A stretch of 64,000 bases of DNA from Diplonema japonicum (lineage: Eukaryota > Protista > Euglenozoa: Diplonemea): contig OZ025714.1 of assembly GCA_964019335.1 (NCBI GenBank), positions 62,001 through 126,000 on the forward strand. Reading direction: 5' to 3'. Below the pieces are notes generated by a model. It did not search any database. It was not told where the DNA came from and was given only the letters and a program-made list of their open reading frames with translations. Below are positions 54,028-64,000 of the stretch, piece after piece (position 1 is the stretch's first letter; the number at the start of each line of letters is the position of its first letter). The translations under genes were made by a program, and so were the position numbers.

Positions 54028-56817
54028 TCAATGCCTGCTGGTGCTTGAAACGCGTCTCCCTTCATTATGAAGCTGTGGTTTTTTTTTTTTTTTTTTCTTT
54101 TCCAAACTTCATACCTCTAAATGCACTTCGTTTTTCTGAGCATATTTCCTTACCTGAGGTGTCCTATGAGGGGATGCCCAGAGCCCGGAGGACTGCTTGA
54201 CCTGGTGGAACGCAGGGCCACCTTTCTTCGGAGCTTTGAAGGGTTTCGCTACGGTTTGCTGCAACGGCGTACACGGCGCCGGTTCCCCCGTCAGCCTGAA
54301 GTGCAGCATGTCCATCCACGAATAGAGGGCAGTGACGATGGTCTTGTCACGTTCTTGAGGCACAACCTGCTCTGCCGCTTCTAAAATCCTCCGCCGGGCC
54401 ACTCCAGTAACCTGCATTTCGGTCAGAGACTCTTCCGTAAGAAGAGATATACCCTTCATGTCCTTCACACCGTGGGCCTGAAGGAGGTGTATATACTTTG
54501 ATAAGTTCAAGTCACTCATCCATGCTGTCATTGTGTCAAGAGAGCCTTCTAATTCAGGAATGGTCTTTATGAATTCGCTGAGTATCTGGCATCCTTCAGA
54601 AACACAGGATATCAGCGCCTCCCTCTCCACGGACCATTGTGCTTCTACTTCGGTTTTGTATGCAGCGATCACTGCCTTGGAGTCTTTTGTTTCCTCCTTC
54701 ACCTTTTCCAGTTCCATCTCCACTGCTTCTTTCTTTTCTTGCATTCTCCCTAGTTCTCTGACGGTTGTTGCTTCCTCGGTCTTGAGAAGCATTTTGAGCT
54801 CGTCCTTCTCAGTCTCCAGGTCCATGATGTCTCTCCTTAAGTTCATTTCGACACCTTTTGCCGACACCACTGTGTCTTCCATCTCGTCAGCGAGCGAGCT
54901 GTTTGTTTTCTTCAGTTCCCGCATCATCTCAGCGTTCTTGTAAGCCATTGACGCCTTCTCATCCTCCGCTTGTTTTAACAGTTTTTTCAGTTCTGCGATT
55001 TCCCTGATGTATTCATCTTTGTTCAGCTGTATGTCATCCGCCGCCAGTCTTCTGTCCAGTTTCATGTGTTCTATTTCGTTTCTGATGCTCTCTGCTGCCT
55101 GTCTGTGCTGGTCTGCCGCCTGCTGCGCGAGCCTGAGGTCGTTCATCAGCTGCGTGTTGTCCATCAACAGCATCTTGCGATCCTGCGCTGCGTTCCTCCT
55201 TGCTGCCTCTGCCCTCTCCTCCTCCAAACCCTTTTCGCGTGTCAGCTTCTCGTTCGCAAGTTTCAAGGATTCGATGGCTGCCTCTTTTGCTGTTATCTCA
55301 TTCACATAGCCCTCCAACGTCTTCTCAAGCTGCCTGTTGTCAGCCATGAGCTGCCTGTTCTGTATCTCTGCCACCGCGTACTGGTCGACCGCCTGCTGTT
55401 GACCTTTCGTGGCGGCGACAACCAGCATCTTCGCGCTGTCCTCCACGCGTCTCTTCTCTGCTTGCGTTCGCTCTTTCTGCAGCTTCTCGTACTCAGCAAG
55501 CTGCCGCAGTTCAGACGTCTGCAAGATGCTGTTCTCTAGGTTCTCCATCTCTGCCTGCCGCTGCTCCAGCTCCCTCAGCTGGGTGTTCAGCAGGTCAGAG
55601 GCCTCGATGTTAGCATGCGACGTGTCCAGCTCGTCTGCCGCAGACATCTTGCAAAGCTCGACACGCTGGCAGCTCACGTGCAGGCCGTGGACGATGCTGT
55701 TGACCCATACCCGGTTGGTGATGTTGCGCGCTTTTTCCAGTAGCTGCAAAAGCATCACAGTCTCCTCGAGGTCCTTGTTGGCCTGCGACACGGTCGCCAG
55801 TATCGTTGTGCAGCAGTTCCCGTTGAAGACCTCGCCCAGCATGTGGCAGCCGTGTGTCTCACGTGCGATCTGCGAGATGTCAGAAGGGCTGAGCTTGAAG
55901 CTAATGGACTGCTGTGACCCTGTGAGGCCGGAGATGACCTTGCCCAGGGCGTTCAGGGAGGTGGAGAGCTCGCCGGACGGGGCTGTAGGTTGCCCCATGT
56001 CCATGATGGTGACGGTGGAGGTGCGTGTGTTGGTGCCTTGCATGACGTGCGAGTGCGTGAGCGGCTCGTTGAGGTTGGTACGTGTGATCTCCATTTTGAA
56101 GACGGTCTGGTGGGTGCCGGGCTTGCTGGAGCGGATGGAGGCGGAGGCGATGGCATGGGCACAGTCGGTGGCACTGCTGATATCACGTTTGAGAACACCG
56201 ACGACCCAGGGGCCAGAGGTGGGCGACCACCGGACACGGGCGATATCAAAGGGGGCGGGGGACATTCCCATTTCGGGGGCGGAGACGAAGAGGTCTCTGA
56301 CGCGGTCGCCTTCAAGCTCGTACATGCTGAGCGTGAGCTTGAAGTGGTCGGAGTCCTCGATGAGGTGCTGGTAGACGCTGAGGCACATGCGGGTGAGGAG
56401 GCTGGCTGTCTGCTCGGGGCGGGTGTCCGTGTCCACGAGGAGGAGCGTAGTGTCGTAGCCACTCCTGATGGAGGGGAGGAGGGTGTGCGCTACTTCCTTG
56501 TGCACTGCTGAAATCTCGACGTCTGGCATAAAGCACTTGTCCACCTCACTGTGCTTGTCGGGAAGACCGTTGAACCCAGGCATGAATATCGTGGTCCCAT
56601 TGACGCCCAGCACACGCCCGTCGCCAGGAGTACTGCGCAGTCTAACTTGCACCTTCACCCCCTCAAACCTTTCCTCCGGCTTCCGCTTCTTCTCCGGCGA
56701 AGAAGACGTTACCTTCACATTCCTGCTCGACGCGGGCGATGGCTCCCCACCGCTGCCCTTCTTGCTTGTCTTTACGGTTTTCTTTTTAGTCTTTATCGGC
56801 TTAGGGGGGTCTTTCAT
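54028..56817 (-). CDS. Divergent (probably ATPase-dead) kinesin-like protein with coiled coil and SAM domain; exons 56817-54115 and 54072-54028
   Basis: VKVQVRLR, SMYELEGDRVRDL, SLNALGKVI, GNCCTTILATVS and LEET kinesin elements; SAM WMSDLNLSKYI...GVARRRIL; probable 42-nt terminal intron 54114-54073. Confidence 0.8.
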
Positions 56818-57099
56818 TCTTTGCCCCTGCCTCTCTGATTATGTGTGGGGTTTTGAGCGGGAATAAAAAAAAAAAAAAAAAGCAAGGAATAAAAAAAAAA
56901 AAAAAGAATCCGTGTAATTCAAAAAAAAAAAGAAAAAAAAAACAAAGAGGGGAATTAACAAAACAATTAATCTTTTTTTTTTCTTTTTAAAACGTGTAGT
57001 CGTTGTTGTTGTTGTTGTTGTTGTTTTTTTTTTTTAATTTTGTCGTTTCTAAAGCAGAAAGGGAAACAGTGTAACAGTATTCTTTTTTACTTTACTTCA

Positions 57100-57327
57100 T
57101 TAGTTCGGAAACGCGGAAGGGCAGAAAGCCTTCGCCGCAGTTGCGCTGAGCTCACCAACATGTTTCTTCTGACCACACACTAAGGTTGGGTACGCATTAA
57201 CCTTGAGGGAGGCAGGGGCGGAGTCAGCATCATGGAATTCGTAGTTTGCTCCAGCTGCCGAAAGCAACTTCTTCTCTGCTTGGCAGTGGCCACACCATTC
57301 CTTGCCGTAGACCTGCAGCTTACCCAT
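57100..57327 (-). CDS. Small glutaredoxin/thioredoxin-like protein (WCGHC)
   Basis: YGKEWCGHC active site and VNAYPTL cis-Pro motif; 75 aa from ATG 57327. Confidence 0.78.
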   Translation of the reverse strand: MGKLQVYGKEWCGHCQAEKKLLSAAGANYEFHDADSAPASLKVNAYPTLVCGQKKHVGELSATAAKAFCPSAFPN

Positions 57328-57894
57328 ATTCTTTTCTGTTAAATTCAGGAACCTAAGAGGGGGAATTCTTTTTTTTTTTTCTTTCCAAACCTCCATAGAC
57401 TGTACTTTCCGAATACGGTAGTCAATAAAGAAAAAAAGCGGGGTGGGAGGGGGGGTGAAAAGGGGGGAAGGAAGACACATACATACACTACTTTGAGCGG
57501 AAATGGGGGGGGGGGGGGGGATATATATGAGTTAAAGGAAGTCTTGTTCTCATCCTCTACCTGTTCCCCCCTTTTTTTTCAGCAGCGGTTGCCGGCCTTC
57601 TCCCCAAAAAAGAGCGGGGAGTGAAGGGGAAGAAGAAGAAAGAAAAAAAAAGCCCTTTTTGTTTTTCTTTTTATATTTTTCTTTTTTTTTTACTAATAAA
57701 GCGTGGAAAGTTTACGGTACTTTTCTTTTTTTTTTCTTGCAGAGGAAAAAAAAAAAAAAAGGCGGGTGGGGGTGAAAGGGGTTTTTTTGGAATCTTTTCA
57801 TCCATTTTTTCTTCGCAGTGGATGGGGTAGGGATGGGGGGGGGGGGGGGGTCTTCTTCCTTTTATTCCTTAAACACTGTCATTCCCCCCCCCCC

Positions 57895-59645
57895 CTACTT
57901 CTGGAAAGCAGATCGAATATCCTGTGTGCGTTGTGTATTTCCCCTTTCCCTCCATACCTTGATAAGGTGTCTAATCTGCTGCTTGTCAAGTTCTCTTGCA
58001 AAACCTTTACCATCCCAGCCGTACTGGCTCAGCACCTTGGACAGCACGGGACCGCTGCTCGATTGCACCCCACTGTGGATTGTGGCCAACAGTGCGTCTG
58101 CGCTAGAGGTTAACGTAGCTGATCTGTGCTCGTCAGCAAGGTTAGAAAGCATTTCGAGGAGCAGATCGCACTCAGCGGGAAGCTGTGTGCTTGAGGACTC
58201 GAACTCAGCATCTTCTTCCGCGTCCTGGAAGGGGGGGGGGGGGGGGGGTTATTTCCCTAAAAAAAAAGAGAAAAAAAAAACCTGAGGGTTCAGCGTCCCT
58301 TCGTAACCAGTTCTGGGCTCATGCTTTTCGGTATCCTCTTGAAGAGCTCCAGGTCGGAGACGTGCCTTTTTTTATTTTTATTTTATTTTGGAAAGAAAAA
58401 AATAAAAAATAATAAAAATACCCTCAAGTGCCTTGGTATCGTGTGGGGGTTCGCCTTGTGAAACTCGATCGTTTCATTGTAAAGCGCGCTCTTAACCGCC
58501 TCCATGTTGGTCAGGTTCTCGTCAGTGAAGTCGAAGACCGGGACGTCCGAGGTTTCCTCGTCATCCTCATCGTGAAGCGCACTGAGGAACGGATGACACA
58601 ACGCCTATTTAATTTTTTTTTTCCCCCCCTTCTCTTTTTTTTTTTTTTTAAAAAAATCAAAAAGGCAAACCTCCTCAACTGTGATCCGCTTCTCCGGGTT
58701 AAAGATAAGCAATTTATCGAGCAGGTCGATGGCCTCGCTTCCCTGCGGTTCGTTAGACACACGAGAGAAGATCGACACCCAGTCTGCTCTAGTTCGCTGC
58801 CCCTTCTTACACTCCGGTCCAATGTATCTCTCCTTAACATATCGGCGTGCAGCCTGGGACCCGGAAGGAATATCCTCCAATGAAGGACTCCCCACAAGCT
58901 CGATAATCTTATCTAATTGGAAGATTCGATCGGCGCCTCGGAATAAGGGTTTCGACCCGAACATCTCAGCAAGAATGCACCCAATACCCCAGATGTCAAC
59001 TGCCTCGTTATAGATCTTCGACTCCATGACGAGCTCCGGTGCCCGGTACCACCTCATCGTTACGTAGTCGGTCATGTAAGGATCGTCGTCTTTCGGTTCC
59101 TCTCGTGCGAGACCGAAATCGCAGATTTTGATATCGAGATCAGCGTAGGAAACCAAGATATTGGCAGGAGTGATGTCTCGGTGGATCACACCTGCTGCCT
59201 TCATCGTCTTCAGTGCGTGAAGCATCTGATACAACATATACTGTATCTGAGCAAGGGACAGTTGTTGTCCGGACTTGAAAACCGACTTAAGGTCCGACTC
59301 TGCCAGCTCCATTATGATCCAAAATTCGTTGAAGTCCGCGGTGTTCGGTGTGATGAGGTTCTCCAGCCCGATGATGTTCTCTGCCCTGTGCTCCCCGACC
59401 ACGTTCTTGTGGAAGTGTGCGAGCAGCTTCACCTCTCTCAGAATTCTTTTTGCGAGCCTTGTGTCTTTGAAGATCACCTTGCTGATCTTTTTGATGGCCA
59501 CCGGTTCACCACTGGTCAGATCGACACCCTTCATAACCACCCCGTACGACCCTGCTCCTATTATCTTGTTCAATTTGTATCGCGGGTCCAACGCGTGCAG
59601 CTCTTCTTGAAGAACCACCACATCCGCCCCTTTTCCAGCTGACAT
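57895..59645 (-). CDS. MAP kinase (TDY), Leishmania MPK10-like; exons 59645-58671, 58604-58422, 58365-58282 and 58224-57895
   Basis: GAGSYG, VAIKK, KRILRE, HRDITP, DFG and TDYVTMRWYRAPE; splicing restores RITVEEALCHPFL; introns of 66, 56 and 57 nt. Confidence 0.9.
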
Positions 59646-59761
59646 TTTTTTTTTTTTTTTCTTCTTTTTTTTCTTTCCCTCCTCCTTCCCCTCTTTCAGT
59701 GTTTTTTTTTTTTTTTTTTTCTTTTTTTTTTTTTCTTTTGGAAAAATGGTGCAAAGTCAAA

Positions 59762-60727
59762 TCACCCCACCCGAAGCCTCTCTGCGTCTCTTCCCCACCA
59801 AGGCGGGCCGGAGGGACCATCTTCCGGGTTTGCGGAAAACGAAGCCATCTTTTGCGTGTAAAAATCGTCGAACCCGCTCGGTTCAATCCCCGCTGTTTTT
59901 AAAAGGTCGAAAATCGACCCTGGGTAAGGGGGGGGCACCTTAACCGCCGCCTGTGTAAACGCGTCCAGAAACAGAACCCACTGCGTAACTTCATCAGGGT
60001 CGGCAGTTCCATGGTGAAGACGGAACTCCAGCCGCCTGGAAAAATCTCCCTTTTTTGTTCCGGCCAAATGGGTGAGGTTCAGTTTGTGATATCTCCTGGA
60101 CCCTGGTACAGAAGTAAGCGGTGGTGTGGCCATTTCGATGAACGTATCGAGAGACAGCATGATATCAACGCTGAGAAGGTGCTCTTCAGCGGCAGATGAA
60201 ATGGAGTTTGATCGGGCATAGCGAGACTTATCCTCTCTGCGGTACATTGGTACTATTTTGTCAAAGAAGGAAGCTTCGTACGTGTGGAAGGCGACCACGA
60301 TTCTTGCTATTTCAGAGTTTTCAAAATCCGTGCAGGAGAGGTGGACGTGATAGCCGCAGTGCTCGGAGCTCCCTGTGCCGGGGAGTTGTTGCAGCTTTTC
60401 TGTGAAGCTTCGGAGCTCCCTCACGCCGTTGGTGCCTTGCAGCACCTTTGAAACAATTTCGACGCCACATCCCGCCCCACCCCCCATCGTGGTGCTGTCC
60501 TCTGTGACCGTCCATTCTTTGTAAATATCGTCTTGCGCCTTGACCATACTCCGGAGAATTTTCAATTCAGGGAATATTTTTCTCAGTTTCCCTGCGCCGA
60601 GCCCAAATTTATCCATGGCAAAGTGTGATATGACCGGTGCTGAACCGATTTGTGAATCATGGTTGTCGGATAGCACCAGTTCGAGTTCCACTCCGAAACG
60701 CCTTCCAGGGGTGAATTCGTGCATCAT
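59762..60727 (-). CDS. Putative amidoligase (Amidoligase_2 / COOH-NH2 ligase fold)
   Basis: FGVELE, W...DS, EIVS, CGYHVH, RYHKLNL and LEFRLH motifs in family order. Confidence 0.82.
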   Translation of the reverse strand: MMHEFTPGRRFGVELELVLSDNHDSQIGSAPVISHFAMDKFGLGAGKLRKIFPELKILRSMVKAQDDIYKEWTVTEDSTTMGGGAGCGVEIVSKVLQGTNGVRELRSFTEKLQQLPGTGSSEHCGYHVHLSCTDFENSEIARIVVAFHTYEASFFDKIVPMYRREDKSRYARSNSISSAAEEHLLSVDIMLSLDTFIEMATPPLTSVPGSRRYHKLNLTHLAGTKKGDFSRRLEFRLHHGTADPDEVTQWVLFLDAFTQAAVKVPPPYPGSIFDLLKTAGIEPSGFDDFYTQKMASFSANPEDGPSGPPWWGRDAERLRVG

Positions 60728-60809
60728 GTTGTGATACGAATACCCATTACTGTAAACTGGGGGCGGGGGGGGGGAACGGGCTACAAAAAAAACTGAAGAA
60801 GACACGTTG

Positions 60810-60835
<26 letters not shown>

Positions 60836-60841
<6 letters not shown>

Positions 60842-61096
60842 CTTCAAGGACCGCAAGATGTTCACCCTCATCGTGAAGGTGTCCTTCTTCGGTCCGGTGA
60901 CGTCGCCGTTGGCGATCATTTTCTGCAACCTTTTGATCTCGGTATCCACCCATGCCTCGCCCTTGGCGATAACCTTCGGAAGGATCTTGGTGTAAAGCTT
61001 GGCTTCCTCAGGCTTTTTCAACGCCTCGGTAAGACCAAGTTCCAGAGCAAGAACAGAAGACGCTTTCCCCGCTACAAGTACATGAACCGACTTAGC

Positions 61097-61132
<36 letters not shown>

Positions 61133-61938
61133 CATACGTTCAGAAGACCTGCATTATCATTCAAAGACCCGTCTAATCCTCGGGAAGTCGCGGCGTGTTT
61201 GTTGATGAAATTCATCACACTTTTCGGTGTGGGGGTGTCTGAGAAGGTCAGCACGCTCCCGTCGGGCTTGAAAAGCAGGAAATGAGGCGATTCCCCCGCT
61301 TTCAGATTGTATTTCTCGTTCAGACCCGGGGTCGAACCCATATCGGCGGCACCGATTAAAACTTTTTCATCGCTTTTAAATGCGGAAGCGATGGATTCGT
61401 ACCATGAAGCAACTTCACGTGCCTTTTTAGACTCCCTTGTCAGGAATTGGATGAATGAAGTCCGGCCTGGGAAGGTTACTGCGCGATCGAAGGTCTGCTC
61501 TGTCAGGATTGCGATGTGTATTTTCTCCTGTTTTTTACTGTTTTCCGTCCCGATTTTGTCGAAAATGAAGTTTTCGAAATCCTCTTCTGTCAACGGACCC
61601 GAGTACTGCCCGGAAGGGGCCGCGGAACCTTTTTCGAAATACAGAATTTGAGGGTAAGCGGATGTTCCCAGAGACATTGGGACGTCGCCGTAAAACTCCC
61701 CATTCACTTTTCCTAGCGTCACGAATTTTTCGATTTTAGGGGCTGTTTTCTTCAACAATTTCCCTGCCTTTTTACTGTGGTCGCACCATGGGGCGTAGAC
61801 CATCAGCACCAGAGGCTTGCCTTTTCCCGCTATTTCTTGAAGTCCTTTCATCCCCTCTACCTCTACTATATTTGGTATCGCTTTGTCAACTTCGAAGGTT
61901 GCTGCTAGACATATGGCAAGGGACACACATAGCATCAT
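60836..61938 (-). CDS. PDI-D/ERp29-family protein (two Trx domains + ERp29-like D domain); exons 61938-61138 and 61090-60836
   Basis: Signal peptide, YAPWCDHS, degenerate second Trx site; C-terminal LYTKILPKVIAKG..WVDTEIKRLQKM...RVNILRSL; 47-nt intron. Confidence 0.85.
61091..61137 (-). other. 47-nt intron consisting almost entirely of poly(A): GTATG-A35-CGCTAAG
   Basis: Removal joins GLLN|SVHVL and restores the ERp29-like C-terminal domain. Confidence 0.8.
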
Positions 61939-62824
61939 TTTCTTTTTTGCCTTTTTTTTTGATTAGATCAGGAAATAAAGAAGAAAAAAAAAGGAGGAAC
62001 AAGAAAAAAAAGAAGAAAAGTAACAAATAAATATAATATGGTGTAATAATTCCCCCAAAAAAAAAAGAAAGGTTTTTTTTTTTTTTTTTTTTCCAAATTT
62101 TTCTTTTCCTTTTCCATTTTTTTTCTTTTGGGAAATTATTTCACATTTTTTTTTTTCTTTTTTCTTTTTCTATTGTGAATTGTAAAAAAAAAAAAAAAAA
62201 AAAGGCAAAAGAAAAAGAAAAAAGAAAACTGGATAAGGGCGGCTTGCGTTTCAGAATTTCCTGAAGCTTCACCCCATCAAAAAAAAACCCCCCCCAAAAG
62301 GAACGCACCTTACACAAAGACGCCTTTTCCGGTTTTTCTTTTTTTTTTTTTGTTCACAACCAAAACTCCTTGGATCTGTCGTTCGTTTCTCCCTATAGAT
62401 TATATCCAGTCATTTTTTTTAAAAGCGAGAATCTTTGTTTCTTTTTTTTTCTTCTTTTTCTTCTTAAAAATAATTCACAATATAAAAAAAAAATTAACTC
62501 TGTATAGGGCTTATTGATGGGGAAAGAGGTGCTGGCAACGGCCACCAAATAAAAAGAAAAAAAAAAAGAAAAATATAAAAGGCTAACGCACACTCGTAAG
62601 GTGAACAGTTTTGGAAGAAAGAAGAGGAGATAAAAAAAAAAGAAAAGGAAGGAAACAAGAACCGGCGCACAAAATTTATTATTGGAAACAGAAAATAGTG
62701 GACGAGTAAAGAAACAGGTTGTGTGTGGTGGTGGTGGTGGTGGGGGGGGGGAATCCTAAAAAAAAAAAAAAATCACCCATCTCTTTGTTTATTTTCTTCT
62801 CTTTTCTTCACGCAAATGAGGAAA

Positions 62825-62858
<34 letters not shown>

Positions 62859-63035
62859 CTTTTAAACAAAGCCAAGGACTCGTTCTTTAAGAGGCACGTG
62901 AGAGACAATAGTGAGGGGGGAGGGCGCCGAACATCCACAGCAAAGTGGACTGGAAGAAAGCTCAATACCTTCTTCCAATAGCCTATCCCCACCCTCGCTA
63001 AAACTTTTAAAAGGAATGAATAAGAAACCTCTTTC

Positions 63036-64000
63036 CTATTCCACAAGGGGTACATCATGCGCGTTCTCTATGAGTTCAATGTCAGCTTCTTGCTCTTCTT
63101 CCTCAATATCTTCTTCAAGTTGTTGAGGGGGCTTCTCACATTCTTCTTCTTCTTCTCCAGTCGAGGTATCCGCTTCCCCCTCAGCCTCGGTGTTACTCCT
63201 TTCCCCTGGCTGTATCAGCTGAAGCTCTTCACCGTCCGCACTCCCTGTAGGAGTAGGTGGGTGACGTGGGACCTCAGGGCTACTACTGTTTTGCTCCACA
63301 GGGACAACGACGACAGAGACACCAGTTCTGTTTTTTTTTTTTTTTTTTCTTTTTTTTTTTTTTTTCTCCTGAAAATACCTTTGATGTTCACCATCCTCAC
63401 CGTCGCTATCGTCATCCAGTAAAATCCTTCGGCGACACACGGGGCACTCCGGGTAGCGTCGTTGCACCTTGCCGATCTAACAAAAAAGAAAAAAGATATG
63501 GACAAAAAAAAAAAAAGAAAAAAAAAATACCTGGTACATAATATACTCTTTCATACAGGTATAGTGCAGTCTGTGCCCGCATTCGAACTGAGCACATCTT
63601 GCCTCTGTCAGATCGTTCAAGCACACGGAGCACTGTGAGATGGTGTCCTCCGGGTTGAGGTCGATGAGCAGCTTCTCCAGCAACGCCTCATATTTAAACT
63701 TATGCTTTTCAATGAGCTCAGACTCCAGCGTGTTGGGGTCCGACGGTCTCGCCCTTGAGCGGGGGACCTGGCGGTACATCATGATGACTATGGAAATGAG
63801 AAGGAACGAGAACCCCGAGAAGACCCACCACAGTGGGGGTGCTATCCTATACGGCCACTTGACGCCGAGGGAGTCCGAACAACAGCCCTTCTCGTAAAGG
63901 CAAGAATCGTAAGGTGCGTCAGTGCACCCACTCGGGTCTGTGAACAGACAGCCAAGAGGAAGCGATAGCCATGTTGTCTTGCAAGACCTTTTACAGTCAT
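63036..64000 (-). CDS. Transmembrane RING-H2 E3-ligase-like protein, 5'-truncated; exons >64000-63531, 63476-63379 and 63327-63036
   Basis: Open frame from the window edge (Cys-rich, then TM WWVFSGFSFLLISIVIMMY); CSVC...CGHRLHYTC|...CPVCR restored across a 54-nt intron; second intron 51 nt. Confidence 0.82.

Noticed and set aside
60728-60838. Splice fusion of the PDI-D gene to the amidoligase
   Set aside because: Needs a GTAAAA donor violating the +4T consensus; the ERp29-like domain ends naturally at the stop.
62862-63038. Open frame continuing ~58 codons past the RING gene TAG (readthrough or recoding)
   Set aside because: TAG is a normal stop in many genes here; no motif in the extension and no suitable intron; compatible with chance.
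1-64000. Genome-wide UGA reassignment, non-canonical (non GT-AG) introns, tRNA/rRNA, CRISPR, transposases
   Set aside because: UGA terminates several intact genes; all reconstructed introns are GT-AG; no recognisable signatures of the others by eye (tRNAscan/Infernal not run).

Overview
Eukaryotic nuclear DNA, most likely from a diplonemid (Euglenozoa). This assignment is inferred from the one-strand gene array, candidate polypyrimidine-AG trans-splice acceptors, trypanosomatid-like genes (IAG-type nucleoside hydrolase, MPK10-like MAPK, MAM33/p22) and many cis-introns. About 33 protein-coding genes are all on the minus strand. Spacers are often only 50-120 nt or are homopolymer-rich. I reconstructed 20 frame-restoring GT-AG introns of 34-90 nt that the ORF track misses. 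All 20 have T at donor +4, and about 14 have A/purine-rich rather than pyrimidine-rich 3' ends. Highlights: (1) a mitochondrion-targeted glutathione peroxidase with an in-frame UGA at the catalytic position (selenocysteine), whose SECIS-like element appears to be completed only when a 59-nt 3'-UTR intron is removed; (2) a 6-exon, ~1970-aa REJ/GPS/EGF/SEA-like surface receptor; (3) a zinc-finger + unknown domain + mono-PARP protein near an ART-fold/ankyrin protein; (4) a P-loop-less kinesin with a SAM domain; (5) an oxidoreductase duplication whose homology is bounded by the mRNA limits; (6) an amidoligase-2 gene that may be horizontally acquired. No tRNA, rRNA, transposase or CRISPR was recognised. 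Gene models are manual and unvalidated, and homopolymer lengths may contain sequencing error.
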